In this document: piece after piece, positions 48,832 to 59,459 of the stretch
Numbering within the stretch: position 1 is the first letter of the stretch
How the letters are laid out: every line of letters starts with the position of its first letter
Source: Betaproteobacteria bacterium
GTDB taxonomy: Bacteria; Pseudomonadota; Gammaproteobacteria; Burkholderiales; Usitatibacteraceae
Length of the DNA stretch: 64,000 nucleotides
Reading direction: 5' to 3'
NCBI GenBank assembly: GCA_043744315.1
Contig: JAYTUX010000320.1
Location: 662 to 64,661 of the forward strand
Translations under genes and position numbers: made by a program
Notes under the pieces: generated by a model
The model's input: the letters and a program-made list of their open reading frames with translations, nothing else
The model's database searches: none
What the model was told of the DNA's origin: nothing

Positions 48832-50313
48832 CTATTCGTGCCAAGAGTGCCCATTGCGCTCTGTCATCGCGATCGCGGCCGATGGCCCCCAACTGCCCGC
48901 CGTATACGGTTTGACCTTCTGTCCCGTCGTGCGCCAGCCATCAATGATGCCGTCGATCCATTGCCACGCCGCTTCGACTTCATCACGGCGCACGAACAAC
49001 GCAGAATTGTTCTTCAGCACGTCGAGCAGCATGCGCTCGTAGGCGATACGGCGGCGTGACTGGCCGAACGCGTCGCCGACAGAGAGATTCAAAGGTACCT
49101 GCGCCAACGTTACATCGTTCATGCCCGGCTTCTTGTGCATCAATGTGAGTGTAATCATTTCCTCGGGCTGCAATTTGATCAGTAAGGTGTTGGGCGCCAG
49201 CGTCGCGCCGATGCCGGCAAAAATGTTGTACGGCGCGGCTTTGAACTGAATCATTATTTCGCTGCTGCGCTTTTGCAGTCGCTTACCCGTACGCAGGTAA
49301 AACGGCACGCCTGCCCAGCGCCAATTGTCGACACCGACGTGCAGCGCAATAAATGATTCCGTATCGCTTTCCGGCTTCGCACCCGCCTCATCAAGATAGC
49401 CCAGTGCCGCTGCACCGCCGCTGAATCCCGCAGTGTATTGACCACGCACCGTGTGCGTCGCAACTTCCGCGCCCGTGATGGGCCTGAGCGACCACAACAC
49501 TTTCACCTTTTCGTTGCGCACGGCTGATGGCGTGAAACTCGCGGGCGGCTCCATGGCAACCAGGCAAAGCAATTGCAGCATGTGACTCTGCACCATGTCG
49601 CGCAATGCGCCGGTGGCATCGTAAAACGGCCAACGTCCTTCAACACCCACCGCTTCCGCGACGGTAATCTGCACTTGCTCGATCGCATTCGCATTCCACA
49701 GCGGCTCGAAGATCGAATTGGCAAATCGCAGCGCGAGCAAATTCTGCACCGCCTCTTTGCCGAGGTAATGATCGATGCGAAACACCTGGCTTTCTTCGAA
49801 GGCGGCACCGATATCTTCGTTGACTTTTCGCGCCGTCGCGGTGTCGGTGCCGATCGGCTTTTCAACGATGATGCGCGAAAGCTTGTCGACCAACCCCGTA
49901 TCGCGCAGCGCGAGGCAAATCGGCCCGAACAATTGCGGACCGGTGGAGAGGTAATACATCACGCCGCCGTCGTCCGGCCCGCCGGGCTGCAGCACGCTCT
50001 TGATCGGCACCAGTCCACCGGGCGCCTGTACATTCACCGCGACGTAACGAATGCGTGCGGCAAATGTCGCAAAAGCGGCGTCATCGAATAGCTTCGCGTT
50101 GGCGGAAACTTGAATCGCCTCTTTCACCTTGGCGATGAACATGTCATCCGAAAGTGTTGATGTCGCGGCACCAATCAACTGAAATTTCTTCGGCAGCAAT
50201 CCGTCGCGATCCAACGCGTACAACGACGGCCACAACATGCGTTTGGCCAAGTCGCCGGTCGCACCAAATAGCACCATGGCGCGGCATTCGGGAGGGAAAA
50301 TGTTTGTGGTCAT
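48832..50313 (-). CDS. zwf: glucose-6-phosphate 1-dehydrogenase
   Basis: LFGATGDLAKR and RIDHYLGKE signatures. Confidence 0.93.
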   Translation of the reverse strand: MTTNIFPPECRAMVLFGATGDLAKRMLWPSLYALDRDGLLPKKFQLIGAATSTLSDDMFIAKVKEAIQVSANAKLFDDAAFATFAARIRYVAVNVQAPGGLVPIKSVLQPGGPDDGGVMYYLSTGPQLFGPICLALRDTGLVDKLSRIIVEKPIGTDTATARKVNEDIGAAFEESQVFRIDHYLGKEAVQNLLALRFANSIFEPLWNANAIEQVQITVAEAVGVEGRWPFYDATGALRDMVQSHMLQLLCLVAMEPPASFTPSAVRNEKVKVLWSLRPITGAEVATHTVRGQYTAGFSGGAAALGYLDEAGAKPESDTESFIALHVGVDNWRWAGVPFYLRTGKRLQKRSSEIMIQFKAAPYNIFAGIGATLAPNTLLIKLQPEEMITLTLMHKKPGMNDVTLAQVPLNLSVGDAFGQSRRRIAYERMLLDVLKNNSALFVRRDEVEAAWQWIDGIIDGWRTTGQKVKPYTAGSWGPSAAIAMTERNGHSWHE

Positions 50314-50330
50314 GGTGATCCCGGAATCGA

Positions 50331-50963
50331 TCAGGAATTCTTTTTGAGAAGCGAAGCAACTTGCGCGCGGCGGCGAATTTCATTCCAGTCTGCGCTCGCG
50401 ATCAACGTTGCCGGCGACAACCACGATCCGCCTACGCACGCGACGTTTGACAGCGACAAATAGGCAGATGCCGAGTCGGCATCGATGCCACCGGTTGGGC
50501 AAAACAACACCTGCGGAAAAGGCCCGCCCAGCGCCTTCAACATTTCCACCCCGCCGGCTTGTTTGGCGGGAAATAATTTCATCGCTGTGAAGCCCGCATC
50601 GAGCGCTCGCATCACGTCAGAAGGCGTCATGCTTCCAGGCAGGAATGGGAATTCGTTTGCGCCTGCATGCGAAAGTAGTTCCGGCGTTGTTCCCGGGCTC
50701 ACGCCAAACATGGCGCCCGCTGCAAGTGCGGCATCCATATCTGGCCGACTGGTAATTGTCCCGACGCCGACAATCGCGCCGGGAACGGCCGCGCGAATGA
50801 CCCGCACACACTCGAGTGCGACCACCGTGCGCATGGTTATTTCCAGTACACGAATACCACCCTCCACCAAAGCCTTCGCGAGTGGCACGGCATCGTCAAC
50901 GCGGTTCAGTACGATCACCGGCATAACCGGACTTGCGTCGAGAATTTTTCGAATAGCGCTCAT
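50331..50963 (-). CDS. eda: 2-keto-3-deoxy-6-phosphogluconate (KDPG) aldolase
   Basis: [32 protein letters not shown] and the Schiff-base Lys context MKLFPA. Its ATG overlaps the edd stop (ATGA). Confidence 0.9.
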   Translation of the reverse strand: MSAIRKILDASPVMPVIVLNRVDDAVPLAKALVEGGIRVLEITMRTVVALECVRVIRAAVPGAIVGVGTITSRPDMDAALAAGAMFGVSPGTTPELLSHAGANEFPFLPGSMTPSDVMRALDAGFTAMKLFPAKQAGGVEMLKALGGPFPQVLFCPTGGIDADSASAYLSLSNVACVGGSWLSPATLIASADWNEIRRRAQVASLLKKNS

Positions 50964-52846
50964 GATCCAGCCCCTGCGATGACGGGTTCAAGTGCCGATG
51001 AATGCGTGATGATCGGCACATGCTCCATCGTCGTTCCGAACGTTCCCGCGCCTTCCTCTGCCGTCAATGCAACTGCACGCGCCGATTGAAACAACTCGCG
51101 GCCCATGCCGAACTGGTTGCGCGAAAGATCCGCCGCCGCGGGCACGCGCTGCCTCCATTCCACATCTGAAACCAGCGCCTCTAGCGTGCCGGCCTCAGCG
51201 TCGAGGCGGACGATATCGCCATCGCGCACTCTGCCCAGCGGGCCACCGGCGAGACACTCGGGCGAGACGTGAATGGCTGCCGGAACCTTACCTGAAGCAC
51301 CCGACATGCGGCCGTCGGTCACGAGTGCCACGTGAAAGCCCGCGTCTTGCAACGATCCCAATGCGGGAGTGAGCTTGTGCAATTCAGGCATGCCATTGGC
51401 ACGCGGCCCCTGAAATCGAACCACCGCAACAAAGTCACGCTGCAACTCGCCGCGCTTGAAACTCTTGAGCACGTCATCCTGGTCGTTGAATACCAGCGCG
51501 GGTGCTTCGATCACCCGGTGCTGCACCTTCACGGCGGAAACTTTGATCACCGAGCGTCCCAAATTACCGCGCAGCACGCGCAGGCCGCCGTCGGCGCTGA
51601 ACGGTGCAGTCGCCGTGCGCAATACGCCTTCGTCGCTGCTCGAGGTGGGGGCCGCGCGCCAGACAATTGCATCGCCACTGAGGTGCGGCTCGTCGGCGTA
51701 ACGCGTGAGCGATTCGCCCGCAACCGTCAGTACATCGCCATGCAGCAATCCCGCCGCAAGCAATTCGCGAATCACAAACCCGCAACCACCCGCCGCATGA
51801 AAATGATTCACGTCCGCACTGCCATTGGGATAAATACGCGCAAGCAGCGGCACGATGGCAGAGAGTTGATCGAAATCGTCCCAGTTGATGTTGATACCGG
51901 CGGCACGTGCAATCGCCACCAGGTGAATCGTGTGATTGGTGGAGCCGCCGGTTGCGAGCAAGCCGACAATCGCGTTGACGATTGCGCGCTCATCGACCAC
52001 TTTGGCGATTGGAGTGTACCCATTGCCCAAGTGCGTGATCGCCGCCACACGCGTCGCCGCCGCCGCCGTGAGCGCATCGCGCAACGGCGTATTCGGCGTG
52101 ACAAACGCGGCCCCCGGCAAATGCAGGCCCATCACTTCCATCAACAATTGATTGCTGTTGGCGGTACCGTAAAAGGTGCAAGTACCGGGACCGTGATAAG
52201 CACGGCTCTCCGCTTCCAGCAGCGCAGCGCGATCGATTTTGCCCTCTGCAAATTGCTGGCGAATTTTTGCTTTCTCATCGTTTGAAAGCCCGCTGGTCAT
52301 CGGGCCGGCGGGTACGAATATCGTCGGCAGATGGCCAAATTGCAATGCGCCAATCAAGAGCCCCGGAACGATTTTGTCGCATACGCCCAGGCACAATACC
52401 GCATCGAATACACCATGCGACAATGCAATGGCAGTTGACATGGCGATGACGTCGCGCGAAAACAGCGACAACTCCATCCCGGGTTGACCTTGCGTCACGC
52501 CATCGCACATCGCCGGTACGCCACCCGCGAATTGCGCGGTCGCACCGGCTTCCCGCGCTGCGCGCTTGATGATTTCAGGAAAGCGTGAGAGTGGCTGGTG
52601 CGCGGACAGCATGTCGTTATAAGCCGAGACAATACCGATGTTTGGCGCGCGAATTTCGCGAAGCGCCAATTTGTCGGATGGTGCTTCCGCAGCAAACGCA
52701 TGCGCGAGGTTAGTGCAGGAAATCCGTCCGCGCGCAGTGCCAGCGACGCGAGCATGATCGACGCGCGCGAGATATGCGGCGCGTGTTGCCGCACTTCGCA
52801 GGATGATTGTGTCGGTAGTCGCCGCAACCGTTGGATGAACCGCCAT
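50960..52846 (-). CDS. edd: phosphogluconate dehydratase
   Basis: IlvD/Edd family, [21 protein letters not shown] at 52846 ([15 protein letters not shown]). Confidence 0.9.
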   Translation of the reverse strand: MAVHPTVAATTDTIILRSAATRAAYLARVDHARVAGTARGRISCTNLAHAFAAEAPSDKLALREIRAPNIGIVSAYNDMLSAHQPLSRFPEIIKRAAREAGATAQFAGGVPAMCDGVTQGQPGMELSLFSRDVIAMSTAIALSHGVFDAVLCLGVCDKIVPGLLIGALQFGHLPTIFVPAGPMTSGLSNDEKAKIRQQFAEGKIDRAALLEAESRAYHGPGTCTFYGTANSNQLLMEVMGLHLPGAAFVTPNTPLRDALTAAAATRVAAITHLGNGYTPIAKVVDERAIVNAIVGLLATGGSTNHTIHLVAIARAAGININWDDFDQLSAIVPLLARIYPNGSADVNHFHAAGGCGFVIRELLAAGLLHGDVLTVAGESLTRYADEPHLSGDAIVWRAAPTSSSDEGVLRTATAPFSADGGLRVLRGNLGRSVIKVSAVKVQHRVIEAPALVFNDQDDVLKSFKRGELQRDFVAVVRFQGPRANGMPELHKLTPALGSLQDAGFHVALVTDGRMSGASGKVPAAIHVSPECLAGGPLGRVRDGDIVRLDAEAGTLEALVSDVEWRQRVPAAADLSRNQFGMGRELFQSARAVALTAEEGAGTFGTTMEHVPIITHSSALEPVIAGAGS

Positions 52847-52887
52847 GGCTGTTCCTTTTGGGTGTTGCACAGAAAAATTTGTGGGTA

Positions 52888-52904
52888 TTGTAGAAAATCT
52901 ACAA
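52888..52904. promoter_or_regulatory. candidate HexR operator, palindrome TTGTAG-AAAAT-CTACAA
   Basis: Perfect 6+6 inverted repeat, 42-58 nt upstream of edd in the edd/hexR divergent region. It resembles the TTGT...ACAA HexR operator type. Confidence 0.5.
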
Positions 52905-53100
52905 CAATTCGTCAATAGTCACAATTCCCACTCAAGCGATGCGATACCGATGTTCATAGCAAAAATGGTCGGCGTTCTAATATTGACCGCGAAGGAAAAT
53001 ATCAATCGTGTTGACAAACTACAAGAACCGGTCAGAGAATACCGTATGCGAATCCCGTCAATTGTAGTTTTTTGGTCTGCAACCTGTCTGGACTGGGGCA

Positions 53101-54009
53101 ATGGCTGCGAAATTCACACCGTACCGCGCTAAATTACCGACTGCTGGCGCCGGCGCGCAGGCCGGTGGCTTACTCGATCGGATTGAAGCGCTGCTGGATG
53201 GCATGCGTCCTTCCGAGCAATTAGTCGGCCGCTTCGTGTTGCGCCATCCCAATCTCGTTATCGGGCTCTCGTTCCCCGAAATCGCTGCGCGCACCGGTGT
53301 GAGCCAGCCGACCATCGCGCGTTTTTGCGTGGCGGCGGGCTTCAGCGGTTACCGCGATTTCAAATTGCGTCTGGCGCAGAGCCTTGCCAACGGCGTGCCG
53401 TTCGTGCATCACGACGTCGGCATGCAGGATTCGATGGCGGATGTCGGTGCGAAAGTATTCGATCGCGGCATCGCCGCATTGGTGACGGTGCGCAATCATC
53501 TCGATCCCGCTGCGATGGAGCGCGCCACGCGATTGCTCGCGTCCGCAAAACGCATTGAATTCTACGGCCTCGGCAATTCGGGTATTGTCGCAATGGATGC
53601 GCAGCACAAATTTTTTCGGCTCGGCGCGCCTGCCGTGGCGTATTCCGATCCGCATGTACATGCCATGTCGGCCTCGCTGCTCGGCAAGGGTGATGTGGTG
53701 GTGGCGATCTCCGGTTCTGGCCGCACGCGTGAACTAATTCGTAGTGTGGAGATCGCACGCAATGCCGGTGCCACGGTAATCGCCATCACCGCCAGCGGTT
53801 CACCTCTGGCGCGCCTGGCTCATGTCGCGTTGTACGCCGATGTGCCCGAGGATCTGGATGTGTACGCACCGATGACTTCGCGTATGGTGCATCTGGTGAT
53901 GATCGATGCGCTATCGGTCGGCGTGGCAGTGGCGCGCGGCCCCGCGCTCGCGAAGCGATTGAAACGCGCCAAAGAAGTTATTGCAGACAGAAGAACGGAA
54001 GAGCATTGA
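53101..54009 (+). CDS. hexR: RpiR/HexR family transcriptional regulator (HTH + SIS domain)
   Basis: [22 protein letters not shown] domain with GLGNSGIVA and ISGSGRT. Divergent from edd-eda-zwf. Confidence 0.8.
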   Translation: MAAKFTPYRAKLPTAGAGAQAGGLLDRIEALLDGMRPSEQLVGRFVLRHPNLVIGLSFPEIAARTGVSQPTIARFCVAAGFSGYRDFKLRLAQSLANGVPFVHHDVGMQDSMADVGAKVFDRGIAALVTVRNHLDPAAMERATRLLASAKRIEFYGLGNSGIVAMDAQHKFFRLGAPAVAYSDPHVHAMSASLLGKGDVVVAISGSGRTRELIRSVEIARNAGATVIAITASGSPLARLAHVALYADVPEDLDVYAPMTSRMVHLVMIDALSVGVAVARGPALAKRLKRAKEVIADRRTEEH

Positions 54010-54010
54010 C

Positions 54011-55660
54011 ATGACAATTCACACACCGGATTCGGGCCAGCAATGGTCAGCGTTGGCAGCCCACTTTGCGACCGTCAAAGATAAAACTATCGCACAGAAT
54101 TTTGCGAGTGATACGAATCGTGCCGAAGAGTATTCACTCCAGGCCGCCGGCTTGTTTCTCGATTACTCGAAAAATAGGCTTGATGATTTCGCTCGCGAAA
54201 AATTGATCGACCTCGCGCGCGCCTCCGGTGTCGAAGCGCGCCGTGACGCCATGTTCGCCGGCGAGCGTATTAATGTCACTGAGAACCGCAGCGTGTTGCA
54301 CACGGCATTGCGTGACATGTCTGGTAAGCGCATCGACGTCGATGGAGCGGATATTCTCGGACCGATTCGCGACGTTCGGCGTCGCGCATTGTCATTCGCC
54401 GAACGCGTGCGGAACGAGGGCTGGCGTGGCTTTTCGGGTAAATCAATTACCGATGTCGTCAACATCGGCATCGGCGGTTCCGACCTCGGGCCGCGCATGG
54501 TGTGTGATGCGCTGAAGCACTTTGCACACGAACGAATTTCCACCCACTTCGTGGCCAATATTGACGGCGACGCGTTGGCAGATGTGCTCGCAACGATTGA
54601 TCACGAGCGTACGATTTTTATCATTGCCTCCAAGACCTTCACCACCATCGAGACGCTTACCAACGCCCGCTCCGCACGCGCGTGGTTCCTCGCCAAAGGT
54701 GCGAGCGAGGCCGACATCGCGAAGCACTTTGTCGCCGTCTCGACCAACACCGAAGCCGTGCGCGCGTTCGGTATCGATCCCGTCAACATGTTTGGATTCT
54801 GGGATTGGGTAGGTGGACGCTACTCGCTCTGGTCGTCGATCGGTTTGCCGATCATGATTGCGATCGGGTCGGAAAACTTCGCGAAACTGCTGTCCGGCGC
54901 GCATGCGATGGATACCCACTTTCAAGAAGCCCCGCTGGCACAAAACATGCCAGTACTGCTCGCCATGATCGGCATCTGGTACCGGAATTTTTTCGAAGCC
55001 GGCAGTGTTGCCGTGCTGCCATACAGCGAGCACCTGCAACGCCTGCCCGCGTATTTGCAGCAACTCGATATGGAAAGCAACGGTAAGTCGATCGCCGTTG
55101 ACGGAGCACCGGTGACGCACGCAACCGCACCGCTCATCTGGGGCGAACCCGGCACTAACGGTCAGCACGCTTTTTTTCAATTACTGCATCAAGGCACGCA
55201 ATGTGTGCCAATCGATTTTATTTTGCCTGTGAAGGCCACACACCAATTTCCCGCGCATCACGAGTTGCTGGTCGCGAATTGCCTCGCACAGAGTCGTGCG
55301 CTAATGATCGGCAAGACGGCTGATGAGACGAGGGGCGAAGTTGCCCTGCCAAAAGGCACCGCAATCACCGCCGATCAGCTCGCCATGCACCGCCGTTTCG
55401 AAGGCAATCGTCCCTCAAATACCATCCTGCTCGATCAACTTGATCCTGTCTCGCTGGGCGCCTTGATAGCGTTGTACGAACACAAAGTATTTGTCCAAGG
55501 CATCGTATGGAACATCAACTCCTTCGATCAATGGGGAGTCGAGCTCGGCAAGACCGTCGCGTACCGAATCGGCGAGGCGATGAAGCCGGGTGCGCCGGAC
55601 GGTAATTTGGATGTCTCGACGCGACAGTTGCTGCAAAAGTGCCTGACCCGCCGAAATTAG
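54011..55660 (+). CDS. pgi: glucose-6-phosphate isomerase
   Basis: [24 protein letters not shown] and [14 protein letters not shown] motifs. ATG at 54011. Confidence 0.93.
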   Translation: MTIHTPDSGQQWSALAAHFATVKDKTIAQNFASDTNRAEEYSLQAAGLFLDYSKNRLDDFAREKLIDLARASGVEARRDAMFAGERINVTENRSVLHTALRDMSGKRIDVDGADILGPIRDVRRRALSFAERVRNEGWRGFSGKSITDVVNIGIGGSDLGPRMVCDALKHFAHERISTHFVANIDGDALADVLATIDHERTIFIIASKTFTTIETLTNARSARAWFLAKGASEADIAKHFVAVSTNTEAVRAFGIDPVNMFGFWDWVGGRYSLWSSIGLPIMIAIGSENFAKLLSGAHAMDTHFQEAPLAQNMPVLLAMIGIWYRNFFEAGSVAVLPYSEHLQRLPAYLQQLDMESNGKSIAVDGAPVTHATAPLIWGEPGTNGQHAFFQLLHQGTQCVPIDFILPVKATHQFPAHHELLVANCLAQSRALMIGKTADETRGEVALPKGTAITADQLAMHRRFEGNRPSNTILLDQLDPVSLGALIALYEHKVFVQGIVWNINSFDQWGVELGKTVAYRIGEAMKPGAPDGNLDVSTRQLLQKCLTRRN

Positions 55661-55710
55661 ATGTAAGAACCGAAAAACACGGATCATTTTCTTCGCAATC
55701 TCAAATCACG

Positions 55711-55804
55711 TCCCCTCTTCCCTCGTGGGACAAGGGCACACTTGAAGCGAAGCAGAGGCTGGCCCCCCGCCTACGCGGGAGCAGGCTCGGCCGGGAGAGG
55801 GGGC
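55711..55804. repeat. GC-rich REP-like imperfect palindromic element (intergenic copy)
   Basis: tcccctcttccctcgtgggacaaggg...gcgggagcagg...ccgggagagggggct. It shares the cccctct(t)ccc / gcgggag / gggagaggggg blocks with the element inside polA. Confidence 0.45.
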
Positions 55805-55847
55805 TATTAATGGAAGTGACATCATTGAATTGCGATCCATCAACCCA

Positions 55848-56339
55848 ATGAAATACCGCCACATCCAAATCGGCTGGATCACCCTGATCGCGCTATGCAT
55901 TGGCCTCGCGCTAATGCTGTTTGTATTCGGCAACATGACCCGTCTCGCCATTCCACCTTTGGGCTTCGTCGCGCTAATCGCCATTTTCACGGCGCTCATC
56001 GCAGTGTTTTCGTCATTGACCACTGAAGTCGATGCGCATGGGTTCCGCGCAAGATTCGGCATCTTGGGCTGGCCCGGAATTAGCGCCGAACTGGCCGATA
56101 TCGCGGGCGTCCTGCCCACCAGATTGTCATGGACTTCCGGCTGGGGCATCCGCATCACGACGCGCGGTTGGCTCTACAACGTGTCCGGGCGCGGCGCGGT
56201 GATTGTCGGATTGGTGAGTGGAAAACAATTTCTGATCGGCACAAATGAGCCCGAAAAACTCGCTGACGCGATCAATCAAGCGCTCGGGCGGGCTCCTGTT
56301 TTCACATTCATTCGTGGCGCGGGAGTGATGCCGGAATGA
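55848..56339 (+). CDS. hypothetical membrane protein
   Basis: MKYRHIQIGWITLIALCIGLALMLFVFG followed by a second hydrophobic helix. No family recognised. Confidence 0.4.
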   Translation: MKYRHIQIGWITLIALCIGLALMLFVFGNMTRLAIPPLGFVALIAIFTALIAVFSSLTTEVDAHGFRARFGILGWPGISAELADIAGVLPTRLSWTSGWGIRITTRGWLYNVSGRGAVIVGLVSGKQFLIGTNEPEKLADAINQALGRAPVFTFIRGAGVMPE

Positions 56340-56478
56340 ACAACCACGCCGTCCAAAACACTGTCATCTTCTGCAAAGCGAAGGTTCTCGTTCTGATGTC
56401 GAAAATGCGCGACCAGAACACTACGTCTGGTGCATGAAAAAGCCGTTTGCCTTGGTGTAAAATTAATTCTGAAATTTC

Positions 56479-56554
<76 letters not shown>

Positions 56555-56556
56555 CT

Positions 56557-56593
56557 AAACAAACAGGGCCGCAAAATGCGGCCCTGTTTGTTT
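56557..56593. terminator. bidirectional hairpin terminator (16-bp perfect stem)
   Basis: aaacaaacagggccgc aaaat gcggccctgtttgttt, between the tRNA and the convergent Bug gene. Confidence 0.7.
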
Positions 56594-56608
56594 GTATCAG
56601 GGGTAACG

Positions 56609-57583
56609 TCAGTCTGCAGTCGCCCCCGACTGCTTCGCCAGCTTCACCCAAAACTTCGCATCTTCAATCAAGAATGCCGCAAACGCCTCCGGTGATCGCG
56701 AAAGCACTACTTCGGTGCCTTCGCGCGCCAAGGGCGTTTTGACTTCCGATTTTTGCGCGGCGATGGTCGTTGCGTCGAAGAGTTTCTTGATGACTTCCGC
56801 TGGCGTGCCGGCGGGCGCGAACAATCCGTACCAGAAGGCAATGCTGTATTCCGGCACACCGGCTTCCGTCATGCCCATCACGTCGGGGATCAATGGCGTG
56901 CGCTCGACACTGGTCACCGCCAACGCACGTAGCCGCCCCGCCTTGACCATCGGCAACACTGAGGGCGGTGTGCCGAAGGTCAATTGCGTATCGCCGGCAA
57001 TTACCGAAATCACCGCCGGTCCACCGCCTTTGAACGGCACATGAACCATGTCGACGCCAGCGATCTGGCTGAAATACGCGGCACCGAAATGTGGCGCGGA
57101 GCCGATACCGGACGTCGCATAGTTGAGTTTGCCTGGAGAGTTTTTCGCGGTTGCAATCAATTCGGCGATTGAACGAATGCCGGTTTCCGGACTGACGACG
57201 ATGACCAATGGCGAGGAGGAGACCTTGGTGATCGGCGCTAAGTCGCTTGCGCGGTAATTCAGTTTAGGATTCAGCGCAGTATTCACCGAGATGCTGCTGG
57301 GACTCGCGATCAACAAGGTATATCCATCGGGTGCCGATTTTGCGACGTGCTCGGCGGCAATCGATGAACCGGCACCCGCGCGGTTTTCTACCAGCACAGG
57401 TTGGCCCAATGTGCGGCCAAGGCTTTCGCCCAAAGTACGTGCCACCACGTCCGCTGCGCCGCCGGGGGCGAAGCCGATGACGAGGCGGATGGGTTTGGTG
57501 GGATATGCGGGGGTATTTTGCGCGACCGCATGCCCTACGAAAATACAAAACAAGACAACGAACAAACGCGCCATCAATTTCAT
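56609..57583 (-). CDS. Bug/TctC family tripartite tricarboxylate transporter substrate-binding protein
   Basis: Signal peptide, then YPTKPIRLVIGFAPGGAADVVAR, typical of the Bug family. Confidence 0.85.
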   Translation of the reverse strand: MKLMARLFVVLFCIFVGHAVAQNTPAYPTKPIRLVIGFAPGGAADVVARTLGESLGRTLGQPVLVENRAGAGSSIAAEHVAKSAPDGYTLLIASPSSISVNTALNPKLNYRASDLAPITKVSSSPLVIVVSPETGIRSIAELIATAKNSPGKLNYATSGIGSAPHFGAAYFSQIAGVDMVHVPFKGGGPAVISVIAGDTQLTFGTPPSVLPMVKAGRLRALAVTSVERTPLIPDVMGMTEAGVPEYSIAFWYGLFAPAGTPAEVIKKLFDATTIAAQKSEVKTPLAREGTEVVLSRSPEAFAAFLIEDAKFWVKLAKQSGATAD

Positions 57584-57664
57584 TTCAAATGCTCCCGAAT
57601 TTACGTCTCAAAAGCAAAGCCTTTGTCCTGACCATGACGATTCTCGTTGTAACCGACAAAAAAC

Positions 57665-58639
57665 TCACGTCGTCGTCAGTACAATTTTTCCCAGATGTTT
57701 ATTCGATTCCATGTGCGCCTTCGCCGCCGCGAGTTCGCCGAACGGAAACACTTTGTCGATCGCCGGCCGAATTTTCTGTGCAATTAATATCGGCAATAAA
57801 TCAACGACAAAGCTCGCAACTCCCGCTGCACGCTGATCCGCATTGCGCAATTTATTTGAGACGCCAAACAAGGTGAGCCGCTTGGAATGCAGCGCCTGAA
57901 TATCCATCTCGCCTTTCAACACGCCATCGACGTAACCGACCGTCGCAAGCCGCCCCTCGAAGGCCATCGCGCGAACGCATTCCGCGAACACCGAACCACC
58001 GACGGTGTTGACGACCAGGTTCACGCCCTTTCCATCAGTCGCTTTCAAAACGGCGTCGCAAAAATCGGCCGACCGCGTATTGAGGCCGATGTCGAGACCG
58101 TGCGATTTCAATTTGTCGAGTTTCTCCTGTGATCCCGACGTGCCGATCACTTTCGCGCCCATCGCCTTGGCCGATTGCAACGCGGCCACACCGACACCTG
58201 ACGATACACCCGTCACCAGCAGCCATTCGCCCGTTTTCAACTTGCCCTGACTCACCAGCATGTCGTGTACGACAATGAAGGTCAGCGGAATAGAGGCAGC
58301 TTCTTCCCACGAGAGATATGCAGGCATCATCATCGCTTCGCGCGCATCCATCACAGCGAATTCGGCAAAAGCACCCGCGCAGCGGCCCATCACCTTGTCG
58401 CCGATTTGGAAGCCGCGTACATCCGCGCCCAGCTTGACGACCTCGCCCGCACCTTCCATGCCGATCGCCTTGGCGGTGCCGGTTTTTTGCAGGCCGTGGC
58501 CAATGATAAATTCGCCGCGATTGAGACTCGCGGCGCGCATCTTCACGAGCAGGTCGCGCGGCCCGGGCTCGGGAGTCGCGGTGTCAAGCATTTCGAGCGT
58601 CGCGTCGGTGGCGGTGGTGCGCATCACGTAATGTTTCAT
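57665..58639 (-). CDS. NADPH:quinone oxidoreductase / zinc-type alcohol dehydrogenase-like (MDR superfamily)
   Basis: ATG at 58639 (MKHYVMRTTA). GMEGAGEVVKLG and VTGVSSGVGVAALQ nucleotide-binding region. Confidence 0.8.
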   Translation of the reverse strand: MKHYVMRTTATDATLEMLDTATPEPGPRDLLVKMRAASLNRGEFIIGHGLQKTGTAKAIGMEGAGEVVKLGADVRGFQIGDKVMGRCAGAFAEFAVMDAREAMMMPAYLSWEEAASIPLTFIVVHDMLVSQGKLKTGEWLLVTGVSSGVGVAALQSAKAMGAKVIGTSGSQEKLDKLKSHGLDIGLNTRSADFCDAVLKATDGKGVNLVVNTVGGSVFAECVRAMAFEGRLATVGYVDGVLKGEMDIQALHSKRLTLFGVSNKLRNADQRAAGVASFVVDLLPILIAQKIRPAIDKVFPFGELAAAKAHMESNKHLGKIVLTTT

Positions 58640-58649
58640 TGTCCGATCC

Positions 58650-59459
58650 TCATTTCCCGGTGAAAACCGGTTTTCGTTTATCCATGAATGCGCGCCGGCC
58701 TTCAGCGTAGTCTTCGCTTTCGAAACAGGTGCGGATCGCGTTTTGGCAAAGTTCGGCATTGAAATCCGCAGCGGGTTTGAGAATTTCGCGCGTGACGAGC
58801 TTTGCGGCACGGATGGTTAATGGCGCATTTTCGGCGAGTGCGGAGGTGTATTCCGCTAGCAGGTTGGCAAGTTCATCGGGCGCACAGACGCGGCTTATGA
58901 GCCCGAGCGATTTGGCTTCCGCTGCGTCGATTTTCCGACCGGTGAAAAACAAATCCTTTGCCGCTCCCGGCCCGATCAAATCCACCAAATTCTTCATCGC
59001 CGAATGCCGATAGCCGAGTCCAAGCCGCGCGGCGGGAATAAAGAACGCCGAATCGCTGCTGGCAATGCGAATATCGCAACTGATCGCCACATTCACACCA
59101 CCGCCGACGCAATAGCCGCGAATGCAGGCGAGCGTCGGTTTAGTGAAGTGGTAAATGCCCATCAATGCCGCCTCGGCGATGACTTCATACCGGGTCACGG
59201 CCTCGCGCGCCGCGCGCATGTCTTCAAATTGAGAGATATCCGCGCCTGAAACAAACGCCTTTTCCCCGGCGCCGGAAAATACCACCAGACGCACGCGGTC
59301 ATCTTGTTCCGCCAAGGCGAGCAATGTCGGAATCGCTTCCCACATTTCAACTGACAACGCATTGTGGCGCGCCGGATTGTTGAAACGAATATGCAACGTT
59401 TCCTCGTCGAGCCAGGACTCGATGCGCTCAGTGGGCGAGCAATATGTGATTTCCGCCAT
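58650..59459 (-). CDS. enoyl-CoA hydratase/isomerase (crotonase) family protein
   Basis: VVFSGAGEKAFVSGADI and the crotonase fold length. Its ATG at 59459 overlaps the upstream stop (TGATG). Confidence 0.85.
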   Translation of the reverse strand: MAEITYCSPTERIESWLDEETLHIRFNNPARHNALSVEMWEAIPTLLALAEQDDRVRLVVFSGAGEKAFVSGADISQFEDMRAAREAVTRYEVIAEAALMGIYHFTKPTLACIRGYCVGGGVNVAISCDIRIASSDSAFFIPAARLGLGYRHSAMKNLVDLIGPGAAKDLFFTGRKIDAAEAKSLGLISRVCAPDELANLLAEYTSALAENAPLTIRAAKLVTREILKPAADFNAELCQNAIRTCFESEDYAEGRRAFMDKRKPVFTGK

